A DNA stretch of 64,000 nt, from the NCBI GenBank assembly GCA_963724295.1, contig CAVRUC010000002.1:64001-128000 (forward strand), given 5' to 3'. The notes under the pieces were generated by a model, which had not been told where the DNA came from, did not search any database, and saw only the letters and a list, made by a program, of their open reading frames with translations. Shown one piece after another: positions 30,733 through 41,922 of this stretch. A program made the translations under genes and the position numbers. The stretch comes from an uncultured Chloroflexia bacterium. Its GTDB lineage: Bacteria; Chloroflexota; Chloroflexia; Thermomicrobiales; UBA6265. Positions within the stretch are counted from its first letter, which is position 1, and each line of letters starts with the position of its first letter.

Positions 30733-31800
30733 TGGGTATCTCAGTCCAGCAATTTGCGCAAGCGCTTCGGGGCGTTCACAGGCGCTCAACGACGTCTCGG
30801 TCGACGTCCCGGACGGCTCGCTGACCGCCCTCCTGGGTCCGAGCGGGTCAGCGGTAAGTAGCACGCTGCTGCGGGTCATCGCCGGGTTGGAAGAGCCGGA
30901 CAGCGGCGAGGTCGTCATCGACGGCCAGATTGCCACCGGACCTGCCGCCGCAGCAGCCGCAACGTCGGCTTCGTCTTCCAGCACTACGCCGCGTTCAAGC
31001 ACATGACCGTGCGCGACAACGTCGGGTTCGGGTTGCGAATCCGCAAGCGGCCGAAGGCGGAGATCCGGCAGCGCGTCGACGAGCTGCTCTCGCTGGTCCA
31101 GCTCGACGGGTTCGCCGAGCGCTATCCGGCTCAGCTCTCCGGCGGGCAGCGGCAACGCATGGCCCTGGCCCGGGCGCTGGCGGTCGAACCGCGGGTGCTG
31201 CTTCTGGACGAGCCGTTCGGGGCGTTGGATGCGCGCGTGCGCGAGGAGCTGCGCGACTGGCTGCGCCGCCTGCACGACGAGGTCCACGTCACCACGGTGC
31301 TGGTGACCCACGACCAGGAGGAGGCGATGGAGGTCGCCTCCCGCATCGTGGTGATGAACCACGGCCGCATCGAGCAGGTCGGGACGCCGGCTGAGCTCTA
31401 CGAACACCCCGCCACCGAGTTCGTGATGAGCTTCGTTGGCAAGGTCAATCGCATCGGCGATGCCTATATCCGCCCCCACGAGGTCGTCATCTGCGAGCTC
31501 GGCCGGCCGGGCTGTCTGCCGGCCACCATCGAGCGGGTAGTGACGCTCGGGTTCGAGAACCGGATCGAGCTGGCGCTGCCGGACGGCGAGCGCGTCTGGG
31601 CGCAGCTGACACGGGATGAGGTGGCGCGCATGCAACCGGCGACCGGTCAGGTCATCGGCGTCGATCTCAGCCAGAGCCGCCGTCCGGGCTGGGAGCCAGG
31701 AGGCTACGAACCGGCCCGGCCCGAGCCCGTCCCCGGCGCCGTGATCCCGTTGCGAAGTGACGACGAGCGGGGGTGGCGGGCGCGCGCCACCCGCGGCTGA
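30732..31800 (+). CDS. cysA: Sulfate ABC transporter ATP-binding protein (frameshifts in the 5' part)
   Basis: [41 protein letters not shown] and TOBE-like tail. Confidence 0.9.
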
Positions 31801-31851
31801 TAGACCGCGATCGACGACGACCCGACCCAGGATCGAGAAGGAGGCAGCGCC

Positions 31852-31947
31852 ATGGACTCGTGGTCCGAAACAAGGAGCCTGGTCGTGCTCATGACGATTA
31901 TCGCCGTCTGCTACGTCCTGGGGCGCGCCCTCGCGGAGATGCTGTAG
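31852..31947 (+). CDS. Putative 31-aa single-TM small protein
   Basis: AAGGAGG RBS; MDSWSETRSLVVLMTIIAVCYVLGRALAEML*. Confidence 0.55.
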   Translation: MDSWSETRSLVVLMTIIAVCYVLGRALAEML

Positions 31948-31989
31948 CAGTGCGCCGGACATGGCGGCCTGATTTGCTACGATGCCGCC

Positions 31990-32256
31990 ATGCCCTACTA
32001 CGGCAAGATCACCGGAATCAACAATGGCGTCGAGGGAACGTGGCTCGTCGAGCTGGACGACGATGGTGTCCCGAAGCCGGAGTTCGCCTTGGTTCCGCCC
32101 GAGTCGATGCCGGACGTCGTTCCCGTCTGGGCGATTCATCTGAAGGAAAGTCCGGACCCCGAGCGGGCCTTCAGCCGCGATGAGGTCCGCAGGATCGCCC
32201 TCATGAAGATGCGGCGCAGCATGGACCGGGTGAAGGGGCGCGACGCGGGAAGCTAG
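31990..32256 (+). CDS. Hypothetical protein
   Basis: 88-aa ORF with strong GC3 bias. Confidence 0.6.
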   Translation: MPYYGKITGINNGVEGTWLVELDDDGVPKPEFALVPPESMPDVVPVWAIHLKESPDPERAFSRDEVRRIALMKMRRSMDRVKGRDAGS

Positions 32257-32549
32257 CGGCTGCGAGCAGAGCCAACCGTGATCGCGAATCTGATCAGCCG
32301 TCGATCCGCCGTCCCGAACACGTTTCCGCCTATGGCCCTTGGTGGTCACTCGCCGGCCGATCCGTGGAGCCCGGCGAGCAGACACGAGAAAGAACCGGAA
32401 GAGAAAACCCACCCGACAGAACCCCGATGCAAGGTCATAGCCGGGACCGGCATACTTACCGGATACCGCCGGGAGAGAGATCCCGGCGTCGTCGGTTGTG
32501 GGCGTGTGGGGGCTTTGCGGGCGTGGCGGGCAGTGCGATAAGCGAGAGG

Positions 32550-33419
32550 GTGGCAACGCTGCCTGCGGCATCCGGGCCCGATGGCATCGTCACCGCCGGG
32601 CCGGTGATGGCCATCGGCGGCGCGGAGGACAAGCTCCGCGACAAGCTCATCCTCTCCGCATTCGTCAACCACGCCGGTGGACCGGACGCCCGGGTCGCCA
32701 TCATCCCCACCGCCTCGTCCATCGAAGAAGCAGGTGAGCGCTACAAAGCGCTCTTTCTCGGCATGGGCGCCGAGAGCGCGGATGTGCTCTATCTTCCCGA
32801 CCGCGCCGCGGCCGCCTCACCCGAGGTCGCCGAGATCCTGGACGATGTGACCGGCATCTTCCTCACCGGCGGCAACCAGATGCGCCTGGCCAGTATCGTG
32901 GCCGGGACCCCGTTGGCGCGGAAGGTCAAGCAGCGGAACCGGCAGGGAGCCGTGGTCGCCGGCACCAGCGCCGGTGCTTCGATCCTCTCCTCGCACATGG
33001 TCGCGTTCGGTGCCAGCGGCCCCTCACCGCGCATGCGCATGGCGCAGATGACGGCCGGGTTCGATCTCGTCCCGGGCGTGGTCATCGACCAGCATTTCCG
33101 CCAGCGGGATCGCATCGGTCGCCTCCTGGCCCTCGTGGCGGGAAGTCCGGGATTGCTCGGCATCGGCGTCGACGAGGACACGGCGGCTCTCTTCACCGGT
33201 CACACCATGGAAGTGCTCGGCCGTCACAGCGTGACGATCGTCGACGGCACGAACATCGTCTCGGACATTCACCGCGTCAAGGGGCACGGCCCGATCACCG
33301 TCAGCGGCGCGATCCTGCACGTCCTCAGTGCCGGCAACCGCTTCGACATGATCGAGCGCTGCATGCTGCCGAACGAGTCATGGACCCGTGTTGTCGAGAA
33401 GCCGCGGCGGAAACGATAA
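32550..33419 (+). CDS. cphB: Cyanophycinase
   Basis: IGGAEDK, IPTAS, FLTGGNQ, AGTSAGA, IDQHFRQRDRIGRL and GVDEDTA. Confidence 0.93.
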   Translation: MATLPAASGPDGIVTAGPVMAIGGAEDKLRDKLILSAFVNHAGGPDARVAIIPTASSIEEAGERYKALFLGMGAESADVLYLPDRAAAASPEVAEILDDVTGIFLTGGNQMRLASIVAGTPLARKVKQRNRQGAVVAGTSAGASILSSHMVAFGASGPSPRMRMAQMTAGFDLVPGVVIDQHFRQRDRIGRLLALVAGSPGLLGIGVDEDTAALFTGHTMEVLGRHSVTIVDGTNIVSDIHRVKGHGPITVSGAILHVLSAGNRFDMIERCMLPNESWTRVVEKPRRKR

Positions 33420-33661
33420 GTCCAGAGTAGCGGCGACACCTGCAGTTGCGCCGCCCTTTTCAGTTGTCACTCGCTGCAAAGGCCCAATCTGGTCGTAGAT
33501 CTACCACAGCTTCGATGGGCACCTCGCGACGTCGTAAAGACTCTCATCCGCTCATGCATCGGTCCATAGCCGTTTCCACCCCGACCGGGGTATCCTTCCT
33601 CTTGTGGGGATTCCCCAGGCAGGGGGCTTGGGAATCACTCGATCCCACTGGAGGACCACCG

Positions 33662-33922
33662 ATGGATCGTGCCGTGAAGATCGACGCGCAGGGCCGGATT
33701 GCGATTCCGGCTGCGATGCGCGCGAGTCTTGGTCTGCAGACAGGAGACACGCTTTTCGCCCATCTGGATGAGGAGACCGGCGGGGTGCGACTCGCCAAGG
33801 CCATTAACCCGTTTGACCTGCTCTTTGAGCACGCGATGCAGGAGTATCGCGCTGGACGGACGACCAGCCTGCGCGACTTCCTGACCGGGGAGATCGACGA
33901 ACCCGATGGAGACGGCGAATAG
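33662..33922 (+). CDS. AbrB/MazE/SpoVT family antitoxin
   Basis: VKIDAQGRIAIPAAMRASLGLQTGD; GGAGG RBS; overlaps the toxin start. Confidence 0.85.
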   Translation: MDRAVKIDAQGRIAIPAAMRASLGLQTGDTLFAHLDEETGGVRLAKAINPFDLLFEHAMQEYRAGRTTSLRDFLTGEIDEPDGDGE

Positions 33923-34232
33923 GCGGTACCGGGTCGAGTTGACTGACGGTGCCAAGAAGGATCTCAAGAAGCTTCGCCAGCACCGTGAGCAGATCGGGGA
34001 CGCGCTGGGCCGATTGGAGGAGAATCCTCTGGCAGGACACACCCTCCAGGGCACGCTCTACCGCCTTCGCTCCCTGGAGTTCACCGTCAGAGGCAGCGGT
34101 GCCTTTCGGGCCGTCTATGGCGTACTCGAAACGGACGCCGTCTGCCTCGTCATTATTGTTGGCCCACACGAAAACATCTACGACAAGGCGGAGCGCCGGG
34201 TCGAAGGCTTACGTGCCGCCGGCGTCCTCTGA
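33906..34232 (+). CDS. RelE/ParE family toxin
   Basis: YRVELTDGAKKDLKKL...LEENPLAG..L...FRAVY...VGPHENIY. Confidence 0.85.
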   Translation: METANRRYRVELTDGAKKDLKKLRQHREQIGDALGRLEENPLAGHTLQGTLYRLRSLEFTVRGSGAFRAVYGVLETDAVCLVIIVGPHENIYDKAERRVEGLRAAGVL

Positions 34233-34382
34233 GCGCAAGGCTATCGCCCGCACCGCGTGATCGCCGCGGTTCTGGATACCACCAGGAGCGTTTTCCCTCA
34301 CGCCTTTCCACCACGCATAATAGGCTCGCAACTTGCTTCACTGTGCCGATGAGCCGCCGGTTGTGTGCACCGGAGTAATGCC

Positions 34383-37020
34383 GTGACGATCGAGATCCGA
34401 CATACCACCGTCTTCCGCGGACCCAACATCTGGGCCCGCATGCCGGCCATCCTCATGGAAGTCGATATCGGCGAGCTGGAGGAGCGGCCAACCAACAAGA
34501 TTCCCGGATTCTACGAGCACCTCACCGAGCTGCTCCCCGGTCTCTACGAGCACAGCTGCTCGGTCGGCAAACCGGGTGGGTTCCTGCAGCGCATGCGCGA
34601 GGGAACCTGGATGGGACACGTCCTCGAGCACGTGGCGCTGGAGCTGCAGAACCTGGCCGGGGCCGAGGTCACCCGCGGCAAGACGCGCGGCGCGGGCGAG
34701 CGCGGGGTCTACCACGTCGTCTACGCCTATGCCCAGGAAGACGTCGGCATCGCCGCCGGCAGGCTGGCCACACGTCTGCTCAACCACATCATCTATCGAC
34801 AGTACCGAGCCGGACTTCGACTTTGTTGGCGAGTTGGAAGAAAACGTCATCCGGCTGGCGGAACGACTCGCCTTCGGCCCCTCTACCGGCGCCATCGTCT
34901 CCGAGGCGGAGCGGCGCGGCATCCCTGTCCTGCGCCTGGACCCACGACGCTCCTTCGTCCAGCTCGGCCACGGCGCCTACCAGAAGCGGGTCTGGGCTAC
35001 CGTCACCAGCGCCACGGCGGACATCTCGGTCGACGTCGCCGGCAACAAGGAGCTGACCAATCGGCTGCTGCACGAGATCGGAATCCCCGTGCCGCGCGCC
35101 GACGTCGTCCGCTCCGCCGCCGAAGCCGCGGAGGTGGCGCGCCGCATCGGCTACCCGGTGGTGCTCAAACCGCTCGACGGCAACCACGGCCGCGGCGTGA
35201 TGATCAACCTTCCCGATGAAGCCGCCGTGCACGAGGCCTTCCCCGCCGCGGACCGCGAGAGCCGCTCCGGCCACGTCGTCGTTGAAACGTTCATCTCCGG
35301 CAAGGACTATCGCATCCTGGTCGTCAACAATCAGGTGGTCGCCGTCGCCGAGCGGGTGCCGGCGCACGTCATCGGCGACGGCACGCACACCGTTGCCGAG
35401 CTGGTGGAGATCACCAATGCCGATCCTCGGCGCGGCATCGGACATGAGAAGATCCTGACTCGCATCACCGTCGACGCGCAGACCAAAGAGGTGCTGGCGA
35501 AGCAAGGTCTTGCTCTGGACGATGTGCCGGAGGAGGGTCGTTTCGTTCAGCTCAAGCTGACCGGCAACATGAGCACCGGCGGCACCTCCATCGACCGCAC
35601 TGACGACATCCACCCCGACAACGTCGAAATCGCTCGTCAAGCGGCGATGGTCGTCGGGCTCGACGTAGCCGGCATCGACTTCATCACCGCCGACATCGCC
35701 CGCTCCGTGCGTGAGCAGCGCGGGGGGATCGTGGAAGTCAACGCCGGTCCGGGCTTCCGCATGCACACCCACCCCACCGAGGGACACCCTCGCCACGTGG
35801 GGCGGGCGGTGATCGACATGCTCTTCCCACCCGGCAGCCCATCCCGCGTGCCGATCGTGGCCGTCACCGGCACCAACGGGAAGACGACGACCTCACGCAT
35901 GATCGCCCACATCATGAAGACGGCCGGCAAGAAGGTCGGCATGACGACCACCGACGGGATTTATGTCGATGCAACGCAGATCGCCTCCGGCGACATGAGC
36001 GGTCCCGCCTCGGCGCAGATGGTGCTGAAGAACCCGGCCATCGACTATGCGGTGCTGGAGACGGCACGCGGGGGCATCCTCCGCTCCGGTCTCGGTTTCG
36101 ACCGCTGCGACGTCGCGGTTGTGACCAACGTCTCCTCAGACCATCTCGGTCTGAAGGGCATCAACACCGTCGCCGAGCTGGCCCGGGTGAAACAGGTCGT
36201 GCCCCAATCGGTCTTGCCCAACGGCGCCAGCGTCCTCAACGCGGACAACTCCTACACCGTCGAGATGGCGCGGGTCGCCCGCGGCGAGATCATCTTCTTC
36301 TCGATGGACGAGGAGAACCCTGTCGTCCGCGACCACCTGCGCGAGCGGGGCAAGGCCGTCGTGCTGCGCCCGACGCGGCACGGCGAGATGATCACCCTGA
36401 TCGAGCACCGGCGCGACACCAGCCTGCTCCTGGCCGAAGAGATCCCGGCCACCATGGACGGGCGCGTCCGCGTCAACATCCAGAACGCCATGGCGGCGGC
36501 CGCGGCGGCCTTCGCCCAGGATGTGCAGCTGGAGTACATCCGCAACGCCCTGCGTACCTTCACCTCGACCTTCTTCCAGAGCCCCGGTCGCTTCAACCTG
36601 CTCGAGATCGAGGGCCGCAAGGTCCTTCTCGACTACTGCCACAACGTGGCCGGGCTGGAGTCGATGGCCGACTTCGTCAAGCGCATGGACGCCGACCGCA
36701 CGATCGCCATGATCGCGCTGCCGGGCGATCGCAGCGACGAAGACATCGCGGCCTTTGGTCGCCTGGCGGCGGGCACCTTCGACGAGATCGTCATCCGCGA
36801 GGACTACAACCCCCGTGGTCGCCGCCGCGGCGAGGTCGCCGATCTGCTCAAGAGCGCGATCGCGGCCAGCGGACGCAGCGACGGCAAGGTCGACGTCGTC
36901 ATCGACGAGATCGAGGCGGCCCGGGAGGCGATCTCCCGGGCCGCCCGCAACGACCTCGTGATCCTGATGGCCGACCGCCCGGCATTAGTGTTCGAGCACC
37001 TCACGGGACGGACGAGTTAG
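34383..37020 (+). CDS. cphA: Cyanophycin synthetase CphA1 (one frameshift near 34797)
   Basis: N domain RGPNIW and C-x19-HVLEH; ATP-grasp KPLDGNHGRG; Mur-ligase GTNGKTT, ETARGG and DYCHN. Confidence 0.93.
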
Positions 37021-37034
37021 GGGCGAGAGGGAGA

Positions 37035-37515
37035 CGCTTCGCTTAGGGGGGCGGGAGGCGCGACCGTGGATGATGGACGGGAAGAAATCGTGCTGCACGA
37101 CGGGGTGGAGTGACGCAGATCAGCGGCAGCGGGTTCAGGACCTGATCGCTTGGCAGAAAGCGATGGAGCTGGTGAGGCGGTCTATCGCGTAACGCGCGAC
37201 TGGCCCCGCGAGGAGCTGTATGGATTGACCTCGCAGGTACGCGAGCCGCCGTGTCGGTCCCATCGAACCTTGCGAGGGTCATGGCCGCACTGGTCCACGC
37301 GAATTGCCCATCATGTATCTGTCGCCTACGGATCGCTTTGCGAGCTTGAGACGCAAGTGCTCATTGCAGAGCACTTGGCTACTCCGACCACGTGACTACT
37401 GGATCGCTGACGCGAAGATTCTGAAGTTCGCGCCTGATCGGAGGACTTCTCCGCAGTCTACGGACCTGAACGTCCACCGACGCATTGCAATGAGCTCTCC
37501 CCCCTAAGCGAAGCG
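37035..37515. mobile_element. Inverted-repeat-bounded cassette carrying a four-helix-bundle gene
   Basis: Perfect 17-bp IR cgcttcgcttagggggg (37035-37051) / cccccctaagcgaagcg (37499-37515). Confidence 0.55.
37110..37469 (+). pseudogene. Four-helix-bundle protein (23S rRNA IVP / Avd-like family), several frameshifts
   Basis: Across frames: DLIAWQKAMELV, VYRVTRDWPREELYGLTSQVR, AAVSVPSNLAEGHGR, AYGSLCELETQ. May be intact with sequencing errors. Confidence 0.8.
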
Positions 37516-37534
37516 CCCCCCTCCTCCCCCCTCG

Positions 37535-38732
37535 ATCCCCGAGAGCTGATCGCGACCGCCCCACGGACACCGGAGCTCCGTGAGTACGAGGAGCCGCCGC
37601 TAGGGACCGACGCAGATCCGGATCAAGACCGAGTTTGCCTCGCCCAAGCACGGCACCGAGCTGGTCGGCTACCGCAACGATCCCGTCGCCAACCGGCCCT
37701 ATGACTTCGCCTGGGGCGCCAATATTTCACGAGGGGGGGAAGGGGGAGAGGGGGGAGAAGGAGAACGAGGGATGCAATCGTCGGTCTCCTCCCCCCCCTT
37801 AGCGAAGCGATCCCCCCTTCCCCGCCTTCCCCCCGCCGGGCTTCCCCCGTCCGCTCGGCAACATGGCGGTGGGCACGGTCACTGAGGTAGGTCCCGAGGT
37901 AACGCGCTTTGCGGTTGGCGATCGCGTCTTTGGTCACTTCTCCATCCGCGAAACGCAAACCGTCGACGAGTCCAGCGCCGATCCACTTCCTGACGGTCTC
38001 TCTCCGGAAGCGGCGATGTGTCTCGACCCGCTGGTGATGGCGCTGGCGATGCGTGACGCCGGGATCAAGCTCGGCGACCGCGTGGCGATCTTCGGACTCG
38101 GTGCGATTGGGCTTTTCGCGGTGCAACTGGCGAAGGCGGCGGGCGCCGACTGGGTCGTGGCCATCGATCCCCTCGAGAACCGCCGCCTGCTGGCGACCCG
38201 GTTCGGCGCCGACGCGGCGATCGATCCGCTGGCCGGTGACGGCGACGTGGGCATGGAGATCCGGCGTCTCACAGGTCCCACGCCAGATCCGACCCCGCGG
38301 GCGCAGACGCGCATCACCGGCGGCTACCTGGAGCGTCCGACGCAGACCGGCAACCTCGGCGTCGACGTCGCGGTCGAGACCTCAGGCAGCGTGCCGGCTC
38401 TGCATCAGGCCATTCGCGCCACGCGCTTTGGCGGCACCATCTGCATGATCTCCTTCTACGGGAAGGACGCCACCGGGCTCTATCTGGGCGACGAGTTCCA
38501 CGTCAACCGGCTCAACCTCGTCTCCGCCCGCGCCGAGACCCTGCCCGGCCGGGACGCGCCCGTCTGGGATCTCGAGCGGTTGGTCGATCTGGCCCTCGCC
38601 TGGCTCGTCAGCGGACGCATGCGCACCGAGGGCATCATCACCCCCATCGTCGATTTCGCCGATAGCGCCGAAGCCTACCGGGCCATCGACGAGCGCCCGC
38701 AGGAGTCGATCAAGCTGGGGATCCGGTTCTAA
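37535..38732 (+). CDS. Zinc-binding (MDR) dehydrogenase with frameshifted 5' part and internal palindromic insert
   Basis: PRELIATAPR...SPKHGTEL upstream; FPRPLGNMAVGTVTEVG, FGLGAIG and VETSGS downstream. Confidence 0.85.
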
Positions 38733-38829
38733 CGGGGCTATCGGCTAGTCAGCCTATCTAACGAGTCACGATGGCCCTCTGGGCCACGACTCACGACTTA
38801 CCGACTTACCGACTCGTCGTCATGCCACG

Positions 38830-39330
38830 CTAGGCAGTTCCCCTGGTGGCGTCTGCTGGCTGTCCCGAGAGCGAGCTCGGCGAGTTGAGATTCGCCCCGC
38901 GATCGACACCGACGCCGAGCCGATCGACCAGCTCACCACCCAGCCAGCCGGTCACCACGGCTCCGAGCACCCCGATCACTTCCAGCACCAGCAGCAGCCC
39001 GGACGGCGCGCCGGGGGTATCGCGACGCAGCCACCAGGCGATGGCGAACAGCACCACGATGATGACATTGCCCAGGCCGTGGGTGGTAGCGATCCCCTTG
39101 GCACGGGTCCCGTCCGGAATCGCCGCCCAGTCGATGGCGCCGAAGATGGCGGCCAGCAGCCCGGTGATGATGCCGGCGGCGATCATCGGGTGCGACGCCT
39201 GCCCCAGCAGCTCCTGCCCGGCAAACACCGCCAGCAGATCGAAGATGACCGCCATCCCAAGCAGCCCGAGCGGGAACGGGATCAGCATCGGGTGGATCGG
39301 ATGTCCAAACAGCTTCGCTTTGCTCTCCAT
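38830..39330 (-). CDS. DUF2231 membrane protein
   Basis: GHPIHPMLIPFPLG...HGLGN...GWLGGELV. Confidence 0.85.
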   Translation of the reverse strand: MESKAKLFGHPIHPMLIPFPLGLLGMAVIFDLLAVFAGQELLGQASHPMIAAGIITGLLAAIFGAIDWAAIPDGTRAKGIATTHGLGNVIIVVLFAIAWWLRRDTPGAPSGLLLVLEVIGVLGAVVTGWLGGELVDRLGVGVDRGANLNSPSSLSGQPADATRGTA

Positions 39331-39430
39331 GGACTTGCCTCCTCCTTCGTTATCGACTCCTCAATGCCTGTCTCGCTGGCGGGTACCCTGGCTGCCGGTT
39401 GCCGGCAGGTCAGGGTTCGCTCATGCTGCG

Positions 39431-40267
39431 TCATGTGACAGCTCCTCGCTCTGCACGTGTCGCCACGGCATCGACCTGGGACTCGGCCCGCGCCCACTGG
39501 CTGCCCAGGGCTGGCAGCAGCCAGCGATCGAGGCCCCAGTGCCCCGCGACTTTCCAGGCGAGCACGAGGAAGACGGCCAGCCCGAAGAGGACCGGGTTGG
39601 TTGAGGCGGAGCCAGCGAGCATGTAGTTGAAGTTCATGAAGGTGCCCAGGAAGGCCGAGAGGCCGACCAGGGCGCCGACCAGCAGTCCGAGACCGACCAG
39701 CACTTCACCCCAGGCGACCAGCTTGGCAAACCAGGAGTACCACCCGTTGTCGAGCATGTACTGCAGGAAATCGCGGAACCAGGCATAGGCGATTGGCGGC
39801 CGGCCCTGCTCGGGCACCACGATGGCCTGCTCCCAGAACCCGCGTAGCGCCTCTCCGCCATTCATCCAGGCTGGATCGATCACCTTCTCTGCCCCATGCG
39901 AAATCCAGTCACGACCGAGGAAGAAACGCATCGGGAGCCAGATGAGCGCGTAGAAGATGCTGCCCATCAGGAGGCGCCACCCTACCGGGTCATTGATCAG
40001 ACCCACGGTCGTGGGGATGCGCTCGAGGCGAAATTCCAGCCCGCGCTCGGGAATGCCTCGCGCCTGGGACCACCCGCACAGGATGATGATGGCGATCAAG
40101 AGATACGTCATGAGGGGCGAGGAGATCCAGTTCTCCCCGTTCCACAGCGGTGGAGCGAGGAGCCCGTCATCGAAGATCCAGCAGAGGAGGATGAACAGGA
40201 CCACGCTGATCGCGGTCAGCGCCCAGGTGCGCTCACGGGTCATGGAGGATGTCGCGGTGCGGTTCAT
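39431..40267 (-). CDS. DoxX / TQO small subunit DoxD family membrane protein
   Basis: WLPMRFFLG, VAWGEVLVGLGL, MNFNYMLAGSASTNP and GLDRWLLP. Confidence 0.85.
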   Translation of the reverse strand: MNRTATSSMTRERTWALTAISVVLFILLCWIFDDGLLAPPLWNGENWISSPLMTYLLIAIIILCGWSQARGIPERGLEFRLERIPTTVGLINDPVGWRLLMGSIFYALIWLPMRFFLGRDWISHGAEKVIDPAWMNGGEALRGFWEQAIVVPEQGRPPIAYAWFRDFLQYMLDNGWYSWFAKLVAWGEVLVGLGLLVGALVGLSAFLGTFMNFNYMLAGSASTNPVLFGLAVFLVLAWKVAGHWGLDRWLLPALGSQWARAESQVDAVATRAERGAVT

Positions 40268-40903
40268 TGCTGCCTCCTAGCCGTAGAGGCTGGATAACCG
40301 TGATTGATAGCGGAGTCACGGGTCCGGACGAAGGTCAACTCAATATGGCACTGTCCCGGCCGGAAGGAACACGCCCGTCGGCGGTGCGCTTGAGCAGCGC
40401 AGAGGGTGTTTCCGGGTAGCGCCACCGCACCCAGGACGCCACGCATCGTCGCGACGGAACAGCCTATCCGCTGCGCGGCCGGTTCGGCCGCTGCCAATAC
40501 CGGCGCACGATCGGGTCCAGTCTCAGCGCCGGCCAGATAGCTCTCCGGTGTCGAAGACAGACGCAACTGCCCGCCGTCTGGTCCAGAGACGTTGACCGGC
40601 TCATCCTCAAGTCGGCCGCGATACCAGTTGCCCGAGAACCAAACGTCCGTCCTCACCGCCATGCCGCAGGTGAAGGCGGGGAAGGCGTCACTGGCCGCAA
40701 CCACTAATCCGAAGGCGTCTTCGCCGTTGGCCAACAAGCCGACAACGTGGTCGCTCCCCGGCTTGCCAACCCGGAAGGCTGGCCCTTCCCGCATGCTGAG
40801 GAGCGGCTCAGGAGTGGCGGCCAGAAGCGGAGAAGCTTGGGGTGCCGAACGTCCGGCACCCCCTGGCGGCACGGTCACGAACGCCAGCTGGTGGCAGCGA
40901 ATC

Positions 40904-41748
40904 TCATCCTGCCGTGACCGTCAGTTCCAGGCGCATCCCTTCATCCGCGTGGTTTCCGACCGGGCAGTAGACCTCGTAGGTGCCAGGCGCCAGGTCCACT
41001 GTCAACGTGCCTGATGCGCCCGGGCGTCAGGTTCTCTGGCAACTCCTCCTCGATCCCTTGGCCTTCGACTTCGAAGTTGTGCTCGATCGTGCCGTTATTG
41101 GTGATCTCAAATGTCGTCGGACCGGCAGGCAGCTCGGTCGGCATGTCGATCATGAACTCGGTCAACGACACCGCTACGTTCTCACCGCTGGCGCTGGCTA
41201 CGGGCGTCGCTTCCGCCGCCGCGCCAGCGGCGCTGCTCATCTCCTCGGGCTCGATCAGCGACACGCTCACGTTCGTGCCACCTTCCCCATCGTCACCGAG
41301 CCAGGCGATCCCGACATGACCGGAGTCGTTGAGCTCGGCGAGCGCGATGGTGATCTCCATCCCCTCGCCGTTTTCTCGTTCATGCACGATGCCGCCGATG
41401 TTGCCACAGGCGATGTAGGTGCCGATCTCCTCGGCGCTGAGGTGGACGTTGATGGCGTGGCCGCCGTCGAGGATCTCCTGCAGGGGAACATCGACGTGGT
41501 TGACCTCGCTGACCTTGACCGGCATGACCGCCGGCCGCACCCATGTCCTCGCCGGTCTGGGTCACAACATCCGCCAGCGGATAGACGACGTCGCCGAGCT
41601 CATCGCAGGTGCCGGAATGGATGTGGGCGGGATGGGCTTCGATTGCATCGTCCTGAGCGGCAATAGCCGGGACCAGAAGTAGCAGGCTCAACGCGAGGAG
41701 CAATGCGATGTGGACCGATCGACCAAGGAAATACCGCAAAGCGTTCAT
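40904..41748 (-). CDS. Secreted protein with HPAHIHSGTC domain and C-terminal cupredoxin (two frameshifts)
   Basis: Signal peptide; HPAHIHSGTC, HAINVH, IACG; IEHNF...YEVYCPVGNHADEGM type-1 copper ligands. Confidence 0.8.
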
Positions 41749-41922
41749 CGACATCTCCTTCCTTTTGCGTGACGACCAATCCCACGAGGTGCGGGGTTGC
41801 CTCGGCTGATGCGCACCCCGTTCCGAGGATACTCTCGATGCGCGTGGTGCAAGACTGGGCTGGCGGTCCCATGAGATTCCGCTCCCACCAGATCCAGCGC
41901 GAACCGCGCCGCCCACGTCGTA

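Noticed and set aside
37110..37469. Avd-like gene as part of a diversity-generating retroelement
   Set aside because: No reverse transcriptase and no template/variable repeat pair seen in the window.
40264..40878. 204-aa minus-strand ORF between the cupredoxin and DoxX genes
   Set aside because: No recognisable motif or RBS; may be a remnant, so not called.
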